In this document: one piece after another, positions 38,830 to 52,869 of the stretch | Position numbering within the stretch: the first letter of the stretch is position 1 | How the letters are laid out: the number at the start of each line of letters is the position of its first letter | Origin: the human T2T-CHM13v2.0 reference genome, Homo sapiens | Length of the DNA: 64,000 nt | Reading direction: 5' to 3' (one strand) | NCBI RefSeq assembly: GCF_009914755.1 | Contig: NC_060939.1 | Notes under the pieces: model-generated | Seen by the model: the letters and a program-made list of their open reading frames with translations, nothing else | Database searches by the model: none | Told to the model about the DNA's origin: nothing | Made by a program: the position numbers and the translations under genes

Positions 38830-39930
38830 TTTCAATTCACTTCAGTAAATATTTATTGAGCATCTACTATGTCCCAAGCTTCCTACTAAGTGCTGGGGAC
38901 AGAGTTGAACAGAGTCAGTACCTGCCCTCCAGGAACCCAGTTAGTGCTGTGGCTTTCAGACTTTTTTGCTATAGTTGCTAGTGAGAAAAATCATTTTGTT
39001 GTGACCCAATACACACACATGCATACACACACACACACACAAATACATGTTATATATACAAAACAAAACCAAAGGTCATGATATGCACTCTATTTTCTAG
39101 TCTTTTCTACTCTGCTTCATTTTTTTTAAATACTGGTAGCAGCCTACCACTTTGATTTCATAACCTACTAGTAGGAGGTGACCCTCCAGTGTGAGAAACA
39201 TGGGTTGAGCGTTGCATATATTACACATGTTGTATTACATGTAAATCATGTGCTATGGAAAAGGAGCAAAAAAATGAATTAATTTGGGAAAATCACAGAA
39301 GGCTCCCAGTTCAAGTGGCACTTGAGCTGAGTCCAGATGTGTGAAAAGATTTGAGTAAACAGGAAAAGGGGAAAGGCAGCCAGATGGAAGCAACAGTGTG
39401 ATCAAAGGCTGGGAGGCGTGAGTGCGCAGCTGAGGAGATAGCACTGATGTGCCTGGCACATGAGCAGTGCTCTTCCTGGGTTATCACACTTGGTTCTCAA
39501 TAATCCTATAGGACAGGGACTTTTTAGCATATTTGCTGCCGAGGCGAGCACAAGGCAGGGACTTTTTATCTCTTCATGTTGCAAAAGAGGAAAATGGGAC
39601 TCAGAGAAGTTATGTAACTTGCCCAAGGTCACATGGCTACTAAGTGGTAGAGCCAGGATTTGAATTCAGGCAGTTACATTGTGATCTAAATATGAGGTTC
39701 CTAGACATGTGCCCCTAAAAATACTTTGAGCTAGTTCAAGGGGATGTTCGAATACAAGCCTGAAAATTTAAAATTTCATTCTGTAGGGAAGAGGAAAACA
39801 TTTTGCGATTTTGAGAAAGGGAAGTGACGTGATCAAAAATTTATCTAGGAGAGGATCACAGTGGCATCAGCATAGAAGATGGGCTCAAGGAGAGGCAAGG
39901 ATACTTGTCAGAAGATGGTAACAGCATCTC
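38830..39930 (-). mobile_element. L2 3' region interrupted by a hAT-Charlie element (~38945-39200) and a MIR (~39460-39670)
   Basis: cagtaaatatttattgagcatctactatgt...ttttgagaaagggaagtgacgtgatc; the Charlie piece ends in ccagtgtgagaaaca. Confidence 0.65.
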
Positions 39931-40556
39931 CCTAGTCAGGTCAGCAGCCCCAGATACAATTACATCATATTTATCTTTGGGATGCAGTTGAGGATATTGC
40001 TCATATATCACATACTGATAGGAATGAAAGGAGAATGAATCATGTTTTCCTTTTTACTTTGACTGCTAGGAAGCCCAGAGCCCCAATCTGTGTTACTCTT
40101 CCAGGGAGCATTCAAGAGCTATTAGCCTTTTATATATTCATTTTGCCTTGCCTTAGATCACCTACCCTCACTTTCCTTTAGCCTGAATTTTATCACTTAG
40201 ATTTTCATCCTGCTGCAATGTATGCATTTTAGTATGATGCCTTAGAGAAGGATGTAAATAAAATACAAATAAAACACACTGAAGCAATTGGAGAGCATTT
40301 TTTGTGTGTGCAAGATTGAAAGGTCTTAGAGGGCTGGACTGTCTTATCATCCCCTGGGGCTTCTGTCGTGGTGCTGGTGCCAGGTGCGTGCATCACATGG
40401 ATGTAAACCTTGGACTGTTGGAGCTGGAAATGTTCCAAATGGCTCTCTCTCCCTCTGCTTCTCAAAAATGGACATAGACTACCAGTAGTACACAAGATAG
40501 TCCCAGCAGGGCCTGAATAAACATGGTTGGGTGTAATTGTAAATGCTGGGTGTAAA

Positions 40557-40656
40557 TGTGTGTGTGTGTGTATATATATATGTACACATACATATGTGTA
40601 CCCATACATATATGTACATGTACATATATATGAGTGCGTGCATGCGTGTGTGTGTG

Positions 40657-40662
<6 letters not shown>
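40557..40662. repeat. Compound (TG)/(TA)/(CA) microsatellite, largely alternating purine-pyrimidine
   Basis: tgtgtgtg...tatatata...gtgcgtgcatgcgtgtgtg. Confidence 0.9.
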
Positions 40663-41121
<459 letters not shown>

Positions 41122-42069
41122 TAATGTGTTTTAGGAAAAAAGGTAGCTAGGACATCAAACTGTGATGTCATGGCTTAAATTGCTTAGAATGATGTTTGTA
41201 CAGATATTTAAATGTTAGAAAGAGCCAATTTAAAGAAAATTTTTAAATAAACATGGTTCGGGTGATTTGTAGAAATGGCAAGAACATGTTGGCAGTGATA
41301 CACAAATTATGAAGTTTGGAAAACACTGATTCCATTCAACCTCTTGTTTGACAAATGACTAAACTGAGGCCCAGAAAGGACAGAACACTTGTCCATGAGT
41401 CTGATAAGTTATTTTAAGCCACAGGAGTAAAGAGGGTCTTCCCCTTCCAACCTCATTCAAAAGTCTGCGTTTAGGGAACACCTGGTCCCGCATCTTGCTT
41501 TTGAATCAGTTTTATATTTCCAAAGTGCCTTCTCTGTTTTATTCTCTCATTCCTTTTTTTAATCTGAGTCTTATCAAGCAGCTATAGTAGGGTAATTATT
41601 TCTTTGTTTTGCAGATAAATAAACTGAGGCCCAGAGAGGGAGTGTGCCTGCCGTCACTCAGCCACTCACTCAGCCAGCTGAGGCAGGACCAGGGCTAGAA
41701 GGTTTCTAGGCCTTCCCACTGTGCGTGTCAGGCAGGGTTGGGCGGGGAGCCAGTTTCTCTGATGAAATCCCCCAACAAAGGGTAGAAAGTCTGCTGGGGT
41801 AAATGCAAGGCAGTCTGCTGGCCGAGCTCCACTTGGGAGCACAGCGAGCGGTACAGGGCCTATTATATGCTGCTCCGCTTCCGGGAAGCTATTACTTTCT
41901 GAAGGAGCCACAGATGTTCTCCTCGCCTGCTGATTAACGGGTGTGTTACTCAGCTTGGAGTGGACGGATGAGATCGGCAGTGAATATTCTCAACTGTGTG
42001 ACCACCATAAACCCTGCCAGTGCAGGTGTAGGGACCCTCAAGGCCATAAGCAATGTAGCCACAGCGTCT

Positions 42070-42430
42070 AATGAGCAATTGAGCATCTTGGAGGTGCCAG
42101 GACCTGTGCTCATGGCTGGAATGGAGGCACAGACAAATCACACACTGCCTCCAGCCCCATGGGACTCAGTCTGCTAGGGGAAGCAGACACATAAACAGTT
42201 AGCTGGAGAACAACGCAGTGCGTGCCAGCATGGAGACCTGGAGCAAGCACGATGCAGGGAGTGCTGAGTTCTTTCTCAGGGACCAGAGAGGCTTCGCAGC
42301 GCTGGAGACATTTGAACTGTACTCGTACTATTGAATAGGGTTTGGCAGGAGGAGATGAGGAGGAGGCATTCCTGAAAGGGGACCTGCCCAGGGTTCCACA
42401 CTGGCCTGAACTGGAGACCAGCACATGTGC
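42070..42430 (-). mobile_element. L2 fragment
   Basis: gcaattgagcatc...gtgccagga...ctgcctcc...ggagacatttgaactg...ggcattcc. Confidence 0.65.
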
Positions 42431-42653
42431 ACCTGGGATGGGAATGAACTGTGGCTCTGTCTTCATAACTCTGCCTTTCCAGATGGGTTGGTTACCAGAG
42501 CCTTGTGAGAAGAGATTGGCCTTGCTTTGGTTTGGTTGTTGGTTTGTGTTAGGGAAGCAATGTGACTTAAGAGGACAAGCTTTGGGATAATACAGACCTG
42601 GGTTCAAAGCTCAGTTCAGCTCCTTGACAGTCACGTGACATTGGGCAAGTTTC

Positions 42654-42958
42654 ACTTCTTTTTTTTTTTTTTTTTTGAGACAGGGTCTCCTAGGCTGGAG
42701 GACAGTGGTGCAATCATGGGTCACTACAGCTTTGACCTCCCAGGTTCAAGTGATCCTCCCACCTCAGCCTCCCAAGGAGCTGGGACTATAGGCACATGCC
42801 ACCATGCCTGGCTAATTTTTCTGATTTTCTTATTATTTGTAGAGATAGGTTCTCACTATGTTGCCCAGGCTGGTATCAAACTCCTGGGCTCAAGTGATCC
42901 TCCCACCCCTAAGTGATCTCCCGATCCAAAGTGCTGGGATTATAAATGTGAGCCACTA
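42654..42958 (-). mobile_element. AluJ inserted in a MIR
   Basis: Antisense Alu with a short internal duplication (aagtgatc twice); MIR on both sides. Confidence 0.9.
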
Positions 42959-43884
42959 TTTGACCTTCTGAGTCTTGGTTTTCCATCTTTAAAATGGGGA
43001 TAATCTCTTTTGCTTAGGAGTGAGAATTAAATGAGACGAAGTTGGAGAAGGACTTAACCCATAGCCAGGTTTGTAGTGGGTGCTCGGTACATTCACGACA
43101 ATTGTGGCAATGCTGCTGGGTGAGTGACTGCATGTGAAAATGGAGTGTGTGGGGGCATGGGCATGTTTTGAGACTGCCCAGCTGGGTGGACTGTGTGACT
43201 GCAGTGTGAGGATGTGAGGGTTGGTTGTACATTCCCTTGAGCGTGAGCTGACTGGGGAAGACATGCCTGATGCTGTTGAAGGCCATGGGGATTTGGTATG
43301 GGGTGAGCTAGCCTATAATTCACTCTGAGTTGGAAAGGATTCTCCAGTGTCATTCAGTTCGACCTGAACCTGCTATATGAGTCCCATCCTTGACATCTGT
43401 GCTAAGTGACCTCCAGTTTCTTTAATTGCCTTCAGCAATGGGGAACTCACCACCTCCCAACACAGCAAATCCTATCGTTGGACCTCACCGACTACTCATT
43501 AGAAACAGAAGCAGCTCAGCCCTATGGAGCACCTTCAGAGTCACAAGATTCACCCCCACACCCCATTCATTCATTCATAGATATTTGCTGAGCACCCTTA
43601 CTACCAGATACTATTCTGAATCCTGGGGATGCAGCAGAGGACCAAGGCAGACACAGGCTCTGTCCTCTCAGAGTTTACAGTTTTGTTGACCTTAACTCAC
43701 AACACCCCTGTGAGGCAGGCAGAAGAGATTAGAATGATTCTCATTGAACAGACTGGGAAACAGGCTGGTGGTGGTGATGGTGATGGCTGATATTTATAGA
43801 TACTTAGCACGTGTCTGGTGCTTTGTATACTTTAGGGAATCTAATCTTCATGTCAGCCCTAGGAGGTAAACCCCATTAATATCA

Positions 43885-44089
<205 letters not shown>

Positions 44090-45114
44090 GATGAGGAAGC
44101 AGAGAAGTGATATTGTTTGCTTAGGGTCACACAGCGAGGAACCGGCCCGGCTCTTTTAAGCCCGGGCCCATGCTGCCTCTTGAATCAAGTCATTGAGACT
44201 CGCCAGAGCAATAGAGCAGGGGCCTTGACTGAAGCTGCTGGATGCAGACCCTGGGTGCTTTGCACCACCATTGGAAGGTCATGTGGGAGCCCTGGCAGTG
44301 TCCATGCATGTGGAAGCCTGACGTGAGTGACAGCCAGTCTGGCCCACCCACAGCTGTGTTTACACCACCTCCTCACCCCCACCCCACCCCATCCCATCCC
44401 AAAGAGCCAGAAGTGAGTGAGGTCAGCCTCTCCCGCCCTGCATGTAAACAGAGGCTGGAGGACCAGGAGTCATCTCAGGGCAGTGCGGTTGACTCCTGGT
44501 GGGAGAAGCCAAGGGCAGCTTCAGGTTCCTTTGCTCCAGAAATCCTGTTGGGCGTCTCCATCCCAGCATCCAGGAGCCTGTTGCTCCCAGGAGCAGCAGC
44601 AGCGGGTGGGAGGGCAGGCAGGGCTGGGTGAGGATTACTGCATGCTGGATCACGGCTGCTGGGTAATCCCCGTTTGTGCCACTTGCAAAGCATGAGGTTG
44701 GAGGCGGGTGTGTTTGAGCAGCCCCAGCCCCTCCATTGTCGACACCACGGATTACAGCAGCTTCTCTCTGCAGCTGAGCGTGGGTCGCACAGACTCCTTG
44801 ACTGCTGTGTTGGGAAGATGCCCTTTCTAATTCCTCCTGCTCTCTGCCCAGCCCTCCTCAGCTCAACCTCCAACAAGAAGGAGGATTTTCAGCCCTAGAG
44901 ACTGGGTGATGGAAAGAGACTTGAGACAGACTTAAAGGACTGGGGTGGCGGGTCCTGCTGTCTTGAGCAGGTGACCTAACCTGTAATTCTGTCTCCTCAT
45001 CCCATAAATGAGGATAAAAAATAAAGCCAGCTGCCCAGCTTAAGTCAGGTAATCCATGTCAGGGTGCTCTGTAAACTAGAGGCACCACTCTACCAATGTC
45101 GGCTATTAGAATCA

Positions 45115-45294
45115 GCCATGGCACAAGACTTGCAGTGGTGTGAGACTGCAGTCCCAGCTGCTCGGGAGGCTGAGGCAGGAGGATCCCTTGTGCCCAGGGA
45201 GTTTGAGGCTGCAGTAAGCTATGATCACCACTGTACTCCAGCCTGGGCAGCAGTGAGACCATGTCTCTAAAACCAATGACAACAACAAAAATGA
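45115..45294 (+). mobile_element. Fossil Alu monomer (FAM/FRAM-like)
   Basis: Single arm with a decayed A-tail; exact 11-bp TSD tattagaatca (45104-45114 / 45295-45305). Confidence 0.85.
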
Positions 45295-45566
45295 TATTAG
45301 AATCAACAGTGAGCACGACTACCAACACAAATAACAATCGTGATCAGCACCACATGAGTCTGTGAAAGGTACTGTTCACAGTGTTTCCTCCAGCCTGGAA
45401 CTGATATTAGGAACTACCGTCCCTTGGGCCTAAAACTAATATATGATGTATTAGTTGTGCATTCAAATCACCTTGGGGGCTTTTTAAACATCAGACCCAA
45501 GAGTTCCTGGGGTCCATGCCCAGAGATTATAATTCACTAGATCTGGGGTGGGGCTGGGCATCTCTG

Positions 45567-45872
45567 TTTTTTTTTTTCTTTTCTTTTCTTTTTATTTTCT
45601 TTGAGATAGAGTCTCGCTCTGTCACCCAGGCTGGAGTGCAATGGCATGATCTCGGCTCACTGCAACCTCCATCTCCTGATTCTCTTGCCTCAGCCTCCTG
45701 AGTAGCTGGGATTACGGGTGCCTACCACCACGCCCAGCAAATTTTTGTATTTTCAGTAAAGATAGGGTTTTGCCATGTTGGCCAGGCTGGTCTCGAACTC
45801 CTGACCTCATGATACACCCACCTTGGCCTCCCAAAGTGCTGAGATTACAGGCATGAGCCACTGCACCCAGCC
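45567..45872 (-). mobile_element. AluS with a small internal deletion, inserted in a MER5-like element
   Basis: TSD tctctgttttt (45561-45571 / 45876-45886). Confidence 0.92.
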
Positions 45873-46159
45873 ATGTCTCTGTTTTTAACTCCAGTGCTAG
45901 TGGTCGAAGACCACTCCTGCCCAGAGTCAAGGACACTGCAGGACAAGTGACTGTATGCCCAGGGTCCCTTCCTCTGCACCACACTCGGCTGTTCCTGAGC
46001 CTCCTTGCAATGGGCGGTCCGAGCATGCCGCTGTATGCTGGAAGGACCCCGTCTTCTCAGGTGCCACGCAGGGTTTAGGAATCTCTAAACTTGAAGCTTT
46101 TCCACAGTTTATTTTATGCAACTTTCTCTATCTAGAATGGAGACAAACGTGTCTTCAGC

Positions 46160-46930
46160 TAATTTTTTTTTTTTAACTCGGGTTCTTCGAGGTATAATTT
46201 ACATGCATTAAAAAAACATCTTTTTTAGTGTCCACTTCTATGCATTTCACAAATGCAAACAATCGTGTAACCACCATCACTATCATGATACAGAACATCT
46301 CCACTGCCTCCTGAAATTCCCTCCTGTCCCTTTGTGGTCAGGCCCTCCTCCCACCCCCAGGCCTTGCCAGCATTCATCCGTGTTCCATCTGTAGAAGTTG
46401 TTTTTTTCCAGAATATTATATCAATGGAATCATTGGGTATGCAGCCTTTGAGCCTGCTTGTGCACTCCGTTACAGGTTTTTTTCTTGTTTGTTGTTTCTT
46501 GTTTTGGGTTTTTTTGAGACAGGGTCTTGCTTTGTCTCCCAGGCTAGAGTGCAGTGGTATGAACACGGCTCACTGCAGCTTCCAACTCCTGGGCTCAAGC
46601 AATCCTCCCACCTCAGCACCCCAAGTAGCTAGGACTACAGGTGCACACCACCACACCCAGCTAACTTTTGTATTTTTTGTAGAGACGGGGTTTCACCATG
46701 TTGCCCAGGCTGGTCTCAAACTCCTGAGCTCAAGCAATCTGCCCGCCTTGGCCTCCCAAAATGCTGGGATTACAGGCATGAGCCACCACACCCAGCCCAG
46801 CTTTACTGTATTTGAGAGTCATCCGTGGTGTTGTGGGTATCAGTAGTTTGCTCCTTTTATTGCTGAGTTTGTGTTCCATCCTGTGGATGTGCCACAGCTT
46901 TTCTTCCTGGGGTAATTTAATTGTTTCTAG
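46160..46930 (-). mobile_element. Old L1 3' end interrupted by an AluJ
   Basis: gaggtataatttacatgc...gtaaccaccatcac...cagaacatctcca...ctccttttattgctgag. Confidence 0.8.
46478..46797 (-). mobile_element. AluJ, full length
   Basis: gagacagggtcttgc...ctcctgggctcaagcaatcctccc...cacccagcc. Confidence 0.93.
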
Positions 46931-47084
46931 CTTTCATCCAGAAATGCTGTCTAGCAAGAAATGCAATTTGTTTGATTCATATGTAAATCTTTCTGCACGG
47001 GCTGCTTCAAAAGTCAAAAAGACTCACTCTTCAGCAATTTTTTAAAAATGTTCCTACTGCGTGCTGCTGTGAGGGCACACAGTT

Positions 47085-47370
47085 CCAGTGCTTACAGGGC
47101 TCAGATGAGAACCATAACGCAGGAGGGGGCTTGAGTGTAATTGGAGCATCCCCCTCCCCTCCTGAAGGGGCTACAGTGGGAATGTGGGTGCATAGTAGTT
47201 TCTGATTTTTGATTTTTGAAAAATCAAAGAAGTCTAGGTTTTTCTTAAAGATCCTGACTTTTAAAAAATGTTGGCAACTAATTTAGAACATGCTTAATCA
47301 CTGTGCTGGCTGCTAGCTGCTGGCTAGATTGAGTCCTGTCTCACGACCTGTGGCTTATGTGGTCCTGAGT
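47085..47370. mobile_element. hAT element (MER102-like)
   Basis: tcctgacttttaaaaaatgttggcaactaattt...actgtgctggc. Confidence 0.5.
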
Positions 47371-49139
47371 GCTAGAGATTCAGACAGGTGTTCTCCCCTG
47401 GGCCCTTTGAGGACAAGTGATGTGGACAGAAGGGAGAAGCCAGGGGCTTGGCTGACACAGATGCGGGACTCCCAGCCTTTGAGTGAGGGGAGGAGGAAGC
47501 AAGAGACTCAGAGTCTTCCCGGGAATCACTGCTTCTAGAGCAGTGGCTTTTCATTCTCACTGTGGGGAGCTCAAGAATACAGAGGCTCAGGCCCCATCAT
47601 CAAGTCCATTTCGTTGGCTGGGGAGAGACCCAGGTGTCAGTACTTATGAAAAAACGTCTCCACAGGTGAAGTTAAGCAGCAAGGGCTGAGAACCGCTGCT
47701 CCAGAGAGGCCAGGAGGTCTGGTCAGAGGCTGGGGCCCCAGCCCCCAGGCACCTCTCTGTGTCAGTTTCCCTGGAGAAGTCATGAGTTTGAAGAGTAGGC
47801 AGAGGCCAGGTGTCATCACTGAGTCACTCATCAATGGCCAATGAGAGTGCAAAGGGTAGCTCTGAGCACAGGATGTGTAGCAAGACTCCTGGGTTCAGCT
47901 CCCAGTCCCACCACTGCCAAGTGGGGATCCTTAGCAAGGTACTTACCTTTTTTCTGCCTCTGTTTCTACGCCTGCAAAATGGGCACAATAATGTCAGATT
48001 CATGAGGATAATGAGGACTAAATTAGTTAATTCCTATAAGCTGCTTCTAAACGTATTACTTATAAAATTTCATTTTTACTTGTTTATTTGTTTTACTTTA
48101 TGTCTGTGTATTCATTATTGTATGATTTTGTGCTGGTCTCGTATGAGGGATTCAGAAATGACTAAGACATCATCCCAACCATCAAGGAGTTTGGAGTTAG
48201 ACCCGAACACAGGAAAAGCAATGCACCAGGGCAGGGCAACTTGCCCTCAGTGCCTGAGAGTGGTTTATGGACCTTCAAGTGCAGGTGGGTCGCCAGGAAG
48301 AAAGAGTGTGTTGGTGGGGGGTGGTCAGGGAAGGTGTGTGTTGGGAGAGAGATGAGTAAAATTCCAGGATGCAGAGAGAAGAGGGCGGGCATCTCTTTGG
48401 ACTCTCTTGGGGTTGGGGAGGTGGAGGTAACCACGTGCCTGGGACAATAAGGAGAGCCCGGCTATAGCATAAGGAGCTCGTGGGAGAGGAGACTCTGCAT
48501 CATGGTTGGGTGAGAGGCACTGTGACAAATGTGGTCTTCATCTGCAGGATGGGACGGGGAGATGTAAGCAGGAAATGGCTTCTGCCCTGACCCTCTATGA
48601 TTGTATTAGGTGACTCAGTTATTTGCTGAGCTGAATCTTGCAGGGGTAGCCTCATCTCCCTCTGTCTGCTTACCCCTGCCATAGACCCTCAGGCTTACGG
48701 GTACAGCCCCCTTCCTGCCCCGCACACCCTGGTGTATCCTCATCTCCACGCCTCCCTGTATCATAGCTAACATAACTTAACTGAGCTTCTGGTGTAGAAG
48801 TTCGATGAGGCTCTGTGCTGAGGGAGTTTACTCACTCTTACTTCTGTACCCGAAATCTTCCCTCCCTGCCCCCAAACTGGAAACACAGCCTTCCATAAAG
48901 AGACCTCCTCCAACCCCACCACCACCCAAACCAGCAACATCAGTGCTGGAGAGAAGAAGAAAAGGGGAAGGGCCAGCATAATTTGGGTGGGGCTTTGCAT
49001 ATATTAGTAATAACAATGATAAATATTCAACAATAATGGTACATTACCATAATGACCAGATCTCCAGTGCCTTCTACGTGCCAAGCACTTTGCAGGCATG
49101 ACCTCATTTAATTCTCACAGTAGTCACAGAGAAACCCCA

Positions 49140-49380
49140 TAGCCCAGTTAAGCACACACCCTATGGAGTGGAAGGCCTGGGTTTGAATCCTTTCTCTGTC
49201 CCTTCTTGCCTGGGTGACCTTGAGCAAGTTACTGAATGCCTGTGCCTTAGTTTCATCCCCTGTGATATGGGGAAGATAATAGCGCCTGCCTCACTGGGTT
49301 GCGATGAAGACTAAGGAAGGCAGTATTTGCGAAGTGCTTTGAATAGTACCTGACACGTAGCAAGTACAACACTAAGTGTG
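49140..49380 (+). mobile_element. MIR SINE (near full length)
   Basis: cctgggtttgaatcc...gtgaccttgagcaagttact...tgccttagtttc...acctgacacgtag. Confidence 0.85.
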
Positions 49381-50177
49381 AAATACATTAAAATATGTAA
49401 CATATCTCTTTATCCATTTTGTAACAAGGGAATAGAAACAGGTGAGTCAAGGGACTTTACAATAGCTACATGTATTAAGCCCATGGTATGAGCAAAGTAA
49501 TGTTACAGTTACTGTACATGTATTTTCTTTTAATCCCCACATCAGCTCCATGAGGAGGCACCATTATTATCACCACAGTTGATGGACAAATGGGGCCCCA
49601 AAAGGTAGATCCACTTGCTCATGACAGAGCAATAGAGAAAGGCCTTTTCCCAGGGCTTATCCTGCCTCCTCCGGAGTCTACATGGACTCACCCAGCCTCT
49701 CCATTCATTCCCTGAGGCTAAGCATTGCTGGGTACAAGAGGCTTTCTGCTGAGAGGGATGCCCTCAGTTTCCCATGTGATGTGGAAGATAAGGCAAGCTG
49801 GGGAAAGGGCAGGATGAGAATGTGGGAGGGAGGGACCACTGGGTCTCCTGGGACACATGTGCCATTTGCCTCCAGATGGGGCAGGGAGAAATGAATTGTA
49901 ATTGGACAGCAGAGATGCTGTAACTTTATTTGGAGTTAGCAGAGGAGAGCCAGGAAGGTGAGACCAGCAAGGTCTGCTGGGGGAGCCATGGGATCATGCT
50001 GGGGAGTGCCGAATGTATCTTGCAGTTTTGCAAAGTTGTTGCCCCCTCAGTGGGGCTGCTCCACATTGGAAATTCTGGAGTAGTTCTGAATGAGTCAATG
50101 TCTGAGAAAAGCATTTAGATCAGAAGTTCAGGAGAATAATTGGAAAGGCTCCATTGCAGGTCTGCTGTGTGTGGTTG

Positions 50178-50335
50178 TCAGAGTTGTGCCCTGCACAAAG
50201 GCACCTGGCAGGGTGTAAGTGGGGGCTGAAATCCAGTCCACATTCCACTCACTGAGCCTGGAGCTGATTCTGTTGGAGGAAGAGGCGCCTTTCTCTATTC
50301 TCACAAACGTGCCCTGTGGACTGGAGTGGTCCTGA
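50178..50335. mobile_element. MER91-like hAT-Tip100 element
   Basis: gttgtgccctgcacaaaggcacctgg...gtgggggctgaaatccag...ggcgcctttctctattctcacaaa. Confidence 0.6.
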
Positions 50336-51499
50336 CGCAGTGGAAGAGGTGAGGAGAGAGACTTTATCCCCAGAGGCAGATTTACAGAGGCCAGACTATG
50401 CCAGTGGTTTGGTACTCAGGCAACCAAAGCTTTGACTTTCACAGAAACCAGGAGGGCCCAAACAAAGAGCCCAGGTGCTGGGGATGAAACGATGTGCAGG
50501 GAAAGGCTATGCACTGAGCAGCTCCCAGGCCTTCTGAATGTCCTTATGAAATGGTCAGGGGACCAGCAGGAGGGTCAGTGACACGAGCAGCCTCAGTAGG
50601 GGTCAGATCAGGAGGACTTGGACGAGGCTGAGGCAGAAGCTAATTGAGAACCCTGACCTCATGACTGGGACCCAACTCGCTGTGGAGTCAGGAGCTTGGG
50701 CTCTTAAACCAGCATGTGTATGTGTGTGTGTGTCTGTGTGTGTGTGTTGTGTGCATACACACGCACTATGTCTAAGTGGACACCTTGAAGGAAAAGCACC
50801 CCAGTAGAAAGAGTCCTTTAAAAACCAGGAATCCAAAAGGATAGGTAATGCCCCTGCCAGAGGCACCCTGCCCTGGAGGAGTTGCCTGATGCCATGTTCT
50901 GTCACCCAGCATTGCCATTATGTTGGAAGGGAAAAGGGAGGGTGCTGGTGTTTGCTCAGTGCCCACCAGGCACCGTGCCAGATGTTCTGCATCCATTACC
51001 TCGTTTTCCTCTCCACCCCTCTTCCTCGTGGTTTCTGTAGCAATGACAGCATTCAGTTGAATAAAGAAAGAAAAAGAGGGAAAAAATCTCCTTTCAAGGC
51101 TCAGCAGTGTTGCTGGACCCAGGGGATGCTGTGTGGGGTGGTCGTGTGCAACGGGCAGCATGAACTTGACTATCGCTCCCTCGACCCAAGTGGTCATTGT
51201 TATCATCCCCTGAGCTGTGCAACTTTTCCGGCAACTGCATGGCAGGCACGGGCAGCCGCATCAGCACACCCCAAGGAACGGTGCTGAGGGATGAGAGAAA
51301 ACCTCGAAATGAAATGTTTTTTTTTTTTGTTCCTGGCAGGGGCAGGCCTGCTAGGCTTGGGTGGGGCTCTGTGGTCTCTGGGCCTCCTTAAAATAGCAAA
51401 GTTCTTTGCTGTGGGGGCAGAAAGACCTCATGGGGACAGGTCACAGGCAGTGTTCAAAGACTCAGAGATCTACTACCCTGTTCCTTTTCTTCTTTATTT

Positions 51500-51930
51500 C
51501 CATCAGTTGGAATGCTTTAGGCTGCGAGTAACAAAGAAAGCCAACCAAGACTGACTCAAGCTCTAGGATTTTCATGGTTTTTCAAACAAGAGTTGCGGAG
51601 GAAGGAGGTCCTAGGTTTGGTCGGTGGCTCCACAGTGCCATCAAGGACCCAGGCCTCTTCTGTCCTTGTGGTCTGTCTTCTCATCATTTTGGCCTTTTGG
51701 TTGTAGGCTTGTTACCTCTTGGCCACAAAATGGGTGCCAGAGCGCCAGGATTTACATCCTCAAATGCAAGCAAAGGCGGGAAGCCGTGTGTGTGCCAGTA
51801 TGCCAAGAAAGAACTTTTCTTATGTCTCTCTCCTCTTACTGAGACAAAAATCCTTCTCAGAAGCCCCCTAGTGGACTTCCTCCTAGGTCTCACTTGCCAG
51901 AACTGGGTCTTGGACCCTCTCCCAAGGGTG
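51500..51930 (-). mobile_element. MaLR LTR (MLT1J/K-like)
   Basis: tcagttggaatgctttaggctgcgagtaaca...gccatcaaggacccaggc...cacaaaatgg...gccagaactgggtc. Confidence 0.75.
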
Positions 51931-52869
51931 AGGGGTGTTCCCGTGGTGGTGCAGGGCGGTTGGGGGTAGGGGGTGCTGGGAATGGCAGGTACGAGTCCAG
52001 TCAGCAGATCTGCCTGCCTCCCTTCTCCAGGAGCTTGTCCCAGTGCTCCCAGGGAACACCTGGATGGCCGGGTTCTGCAGTGGTGCTTGACTCCCCATGT
52101 CCCCCAAAGGCCAGCCACTTGCCCGTCAGTGGGTTATGGATGGTCTCCATGTATAGGGCATTGTGAGGAAGACCAAGAGGGTGGAGACTGTCCTGAGAAG
52201 GAGGCAGTGTTGCCCCCATTTTTATAGATGAGAACTCGAGCTCCAAAAAGTTTATGAACTTGTCTAGGGCTTGTTATACATTTTGTAACATTTTACAGAT
52301 GAGAACACAAGCTCCAAAAAGTTAATGAACTTGTCCAGTAGATACCTAGTAAGTGGTGGCGCTAGGATTTAAACCTGTGTCTGTCTGTGAAGCCATCCTC
52401 TGTTTGGCCCACTTTGGAACAGTGTCCTCTCTTCTTCCAGAATCTCAGCCAGGAAGTCGGCAACCTTTAGACTTCCTGTGCATTCCAGCTCTCAGAGCTG
52501 ACACCAGGGCCCAGCTTACAGCCTCCGGGAGAAGTTAATCTCAACACGTGTAAAGAGAACCAACCAACCCTGAAGTACACACCAGGGGCCAGGGGGCAGG
52601 GTGGCAGCCAGGAAATGCTGCAGGTGTTCAGGGGAGGGTAGGTCCCTGGGGATGGGATGGTCAGAGACCCCGTGGGGCCAATTCGTTTACCTCTTGACAT
52701 CAGTAGCTACACCAGAGAAGGTGCTGACACCTGCACAAAGACAGCCCCTCCTGAGCTGCCAGGAGGAGGTGCTCCTCGCAGTCAGTGTAAATAGGCTGCT
52801 GGAATGGCCCCAGATGGCCACCAGGGAGGGCCACATGCCATCCCTCAGCATCGCTGGAGTGGGCTCTCT

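Noticed and set aside
43210-43220. GGATGTGAGGG resembling the 7SK 5' end
   Set aside because: 11-nt match only.
46334-46846. 170-aa ORF
   Set aside because: Translation of L1 plus antisense Alu sequence.
52816-52832. CTCF-like TGGCCACCAGGGAGGGC
   Set aside because: The 3' half is out of register with the core motif; not supportable without a PWM scan.
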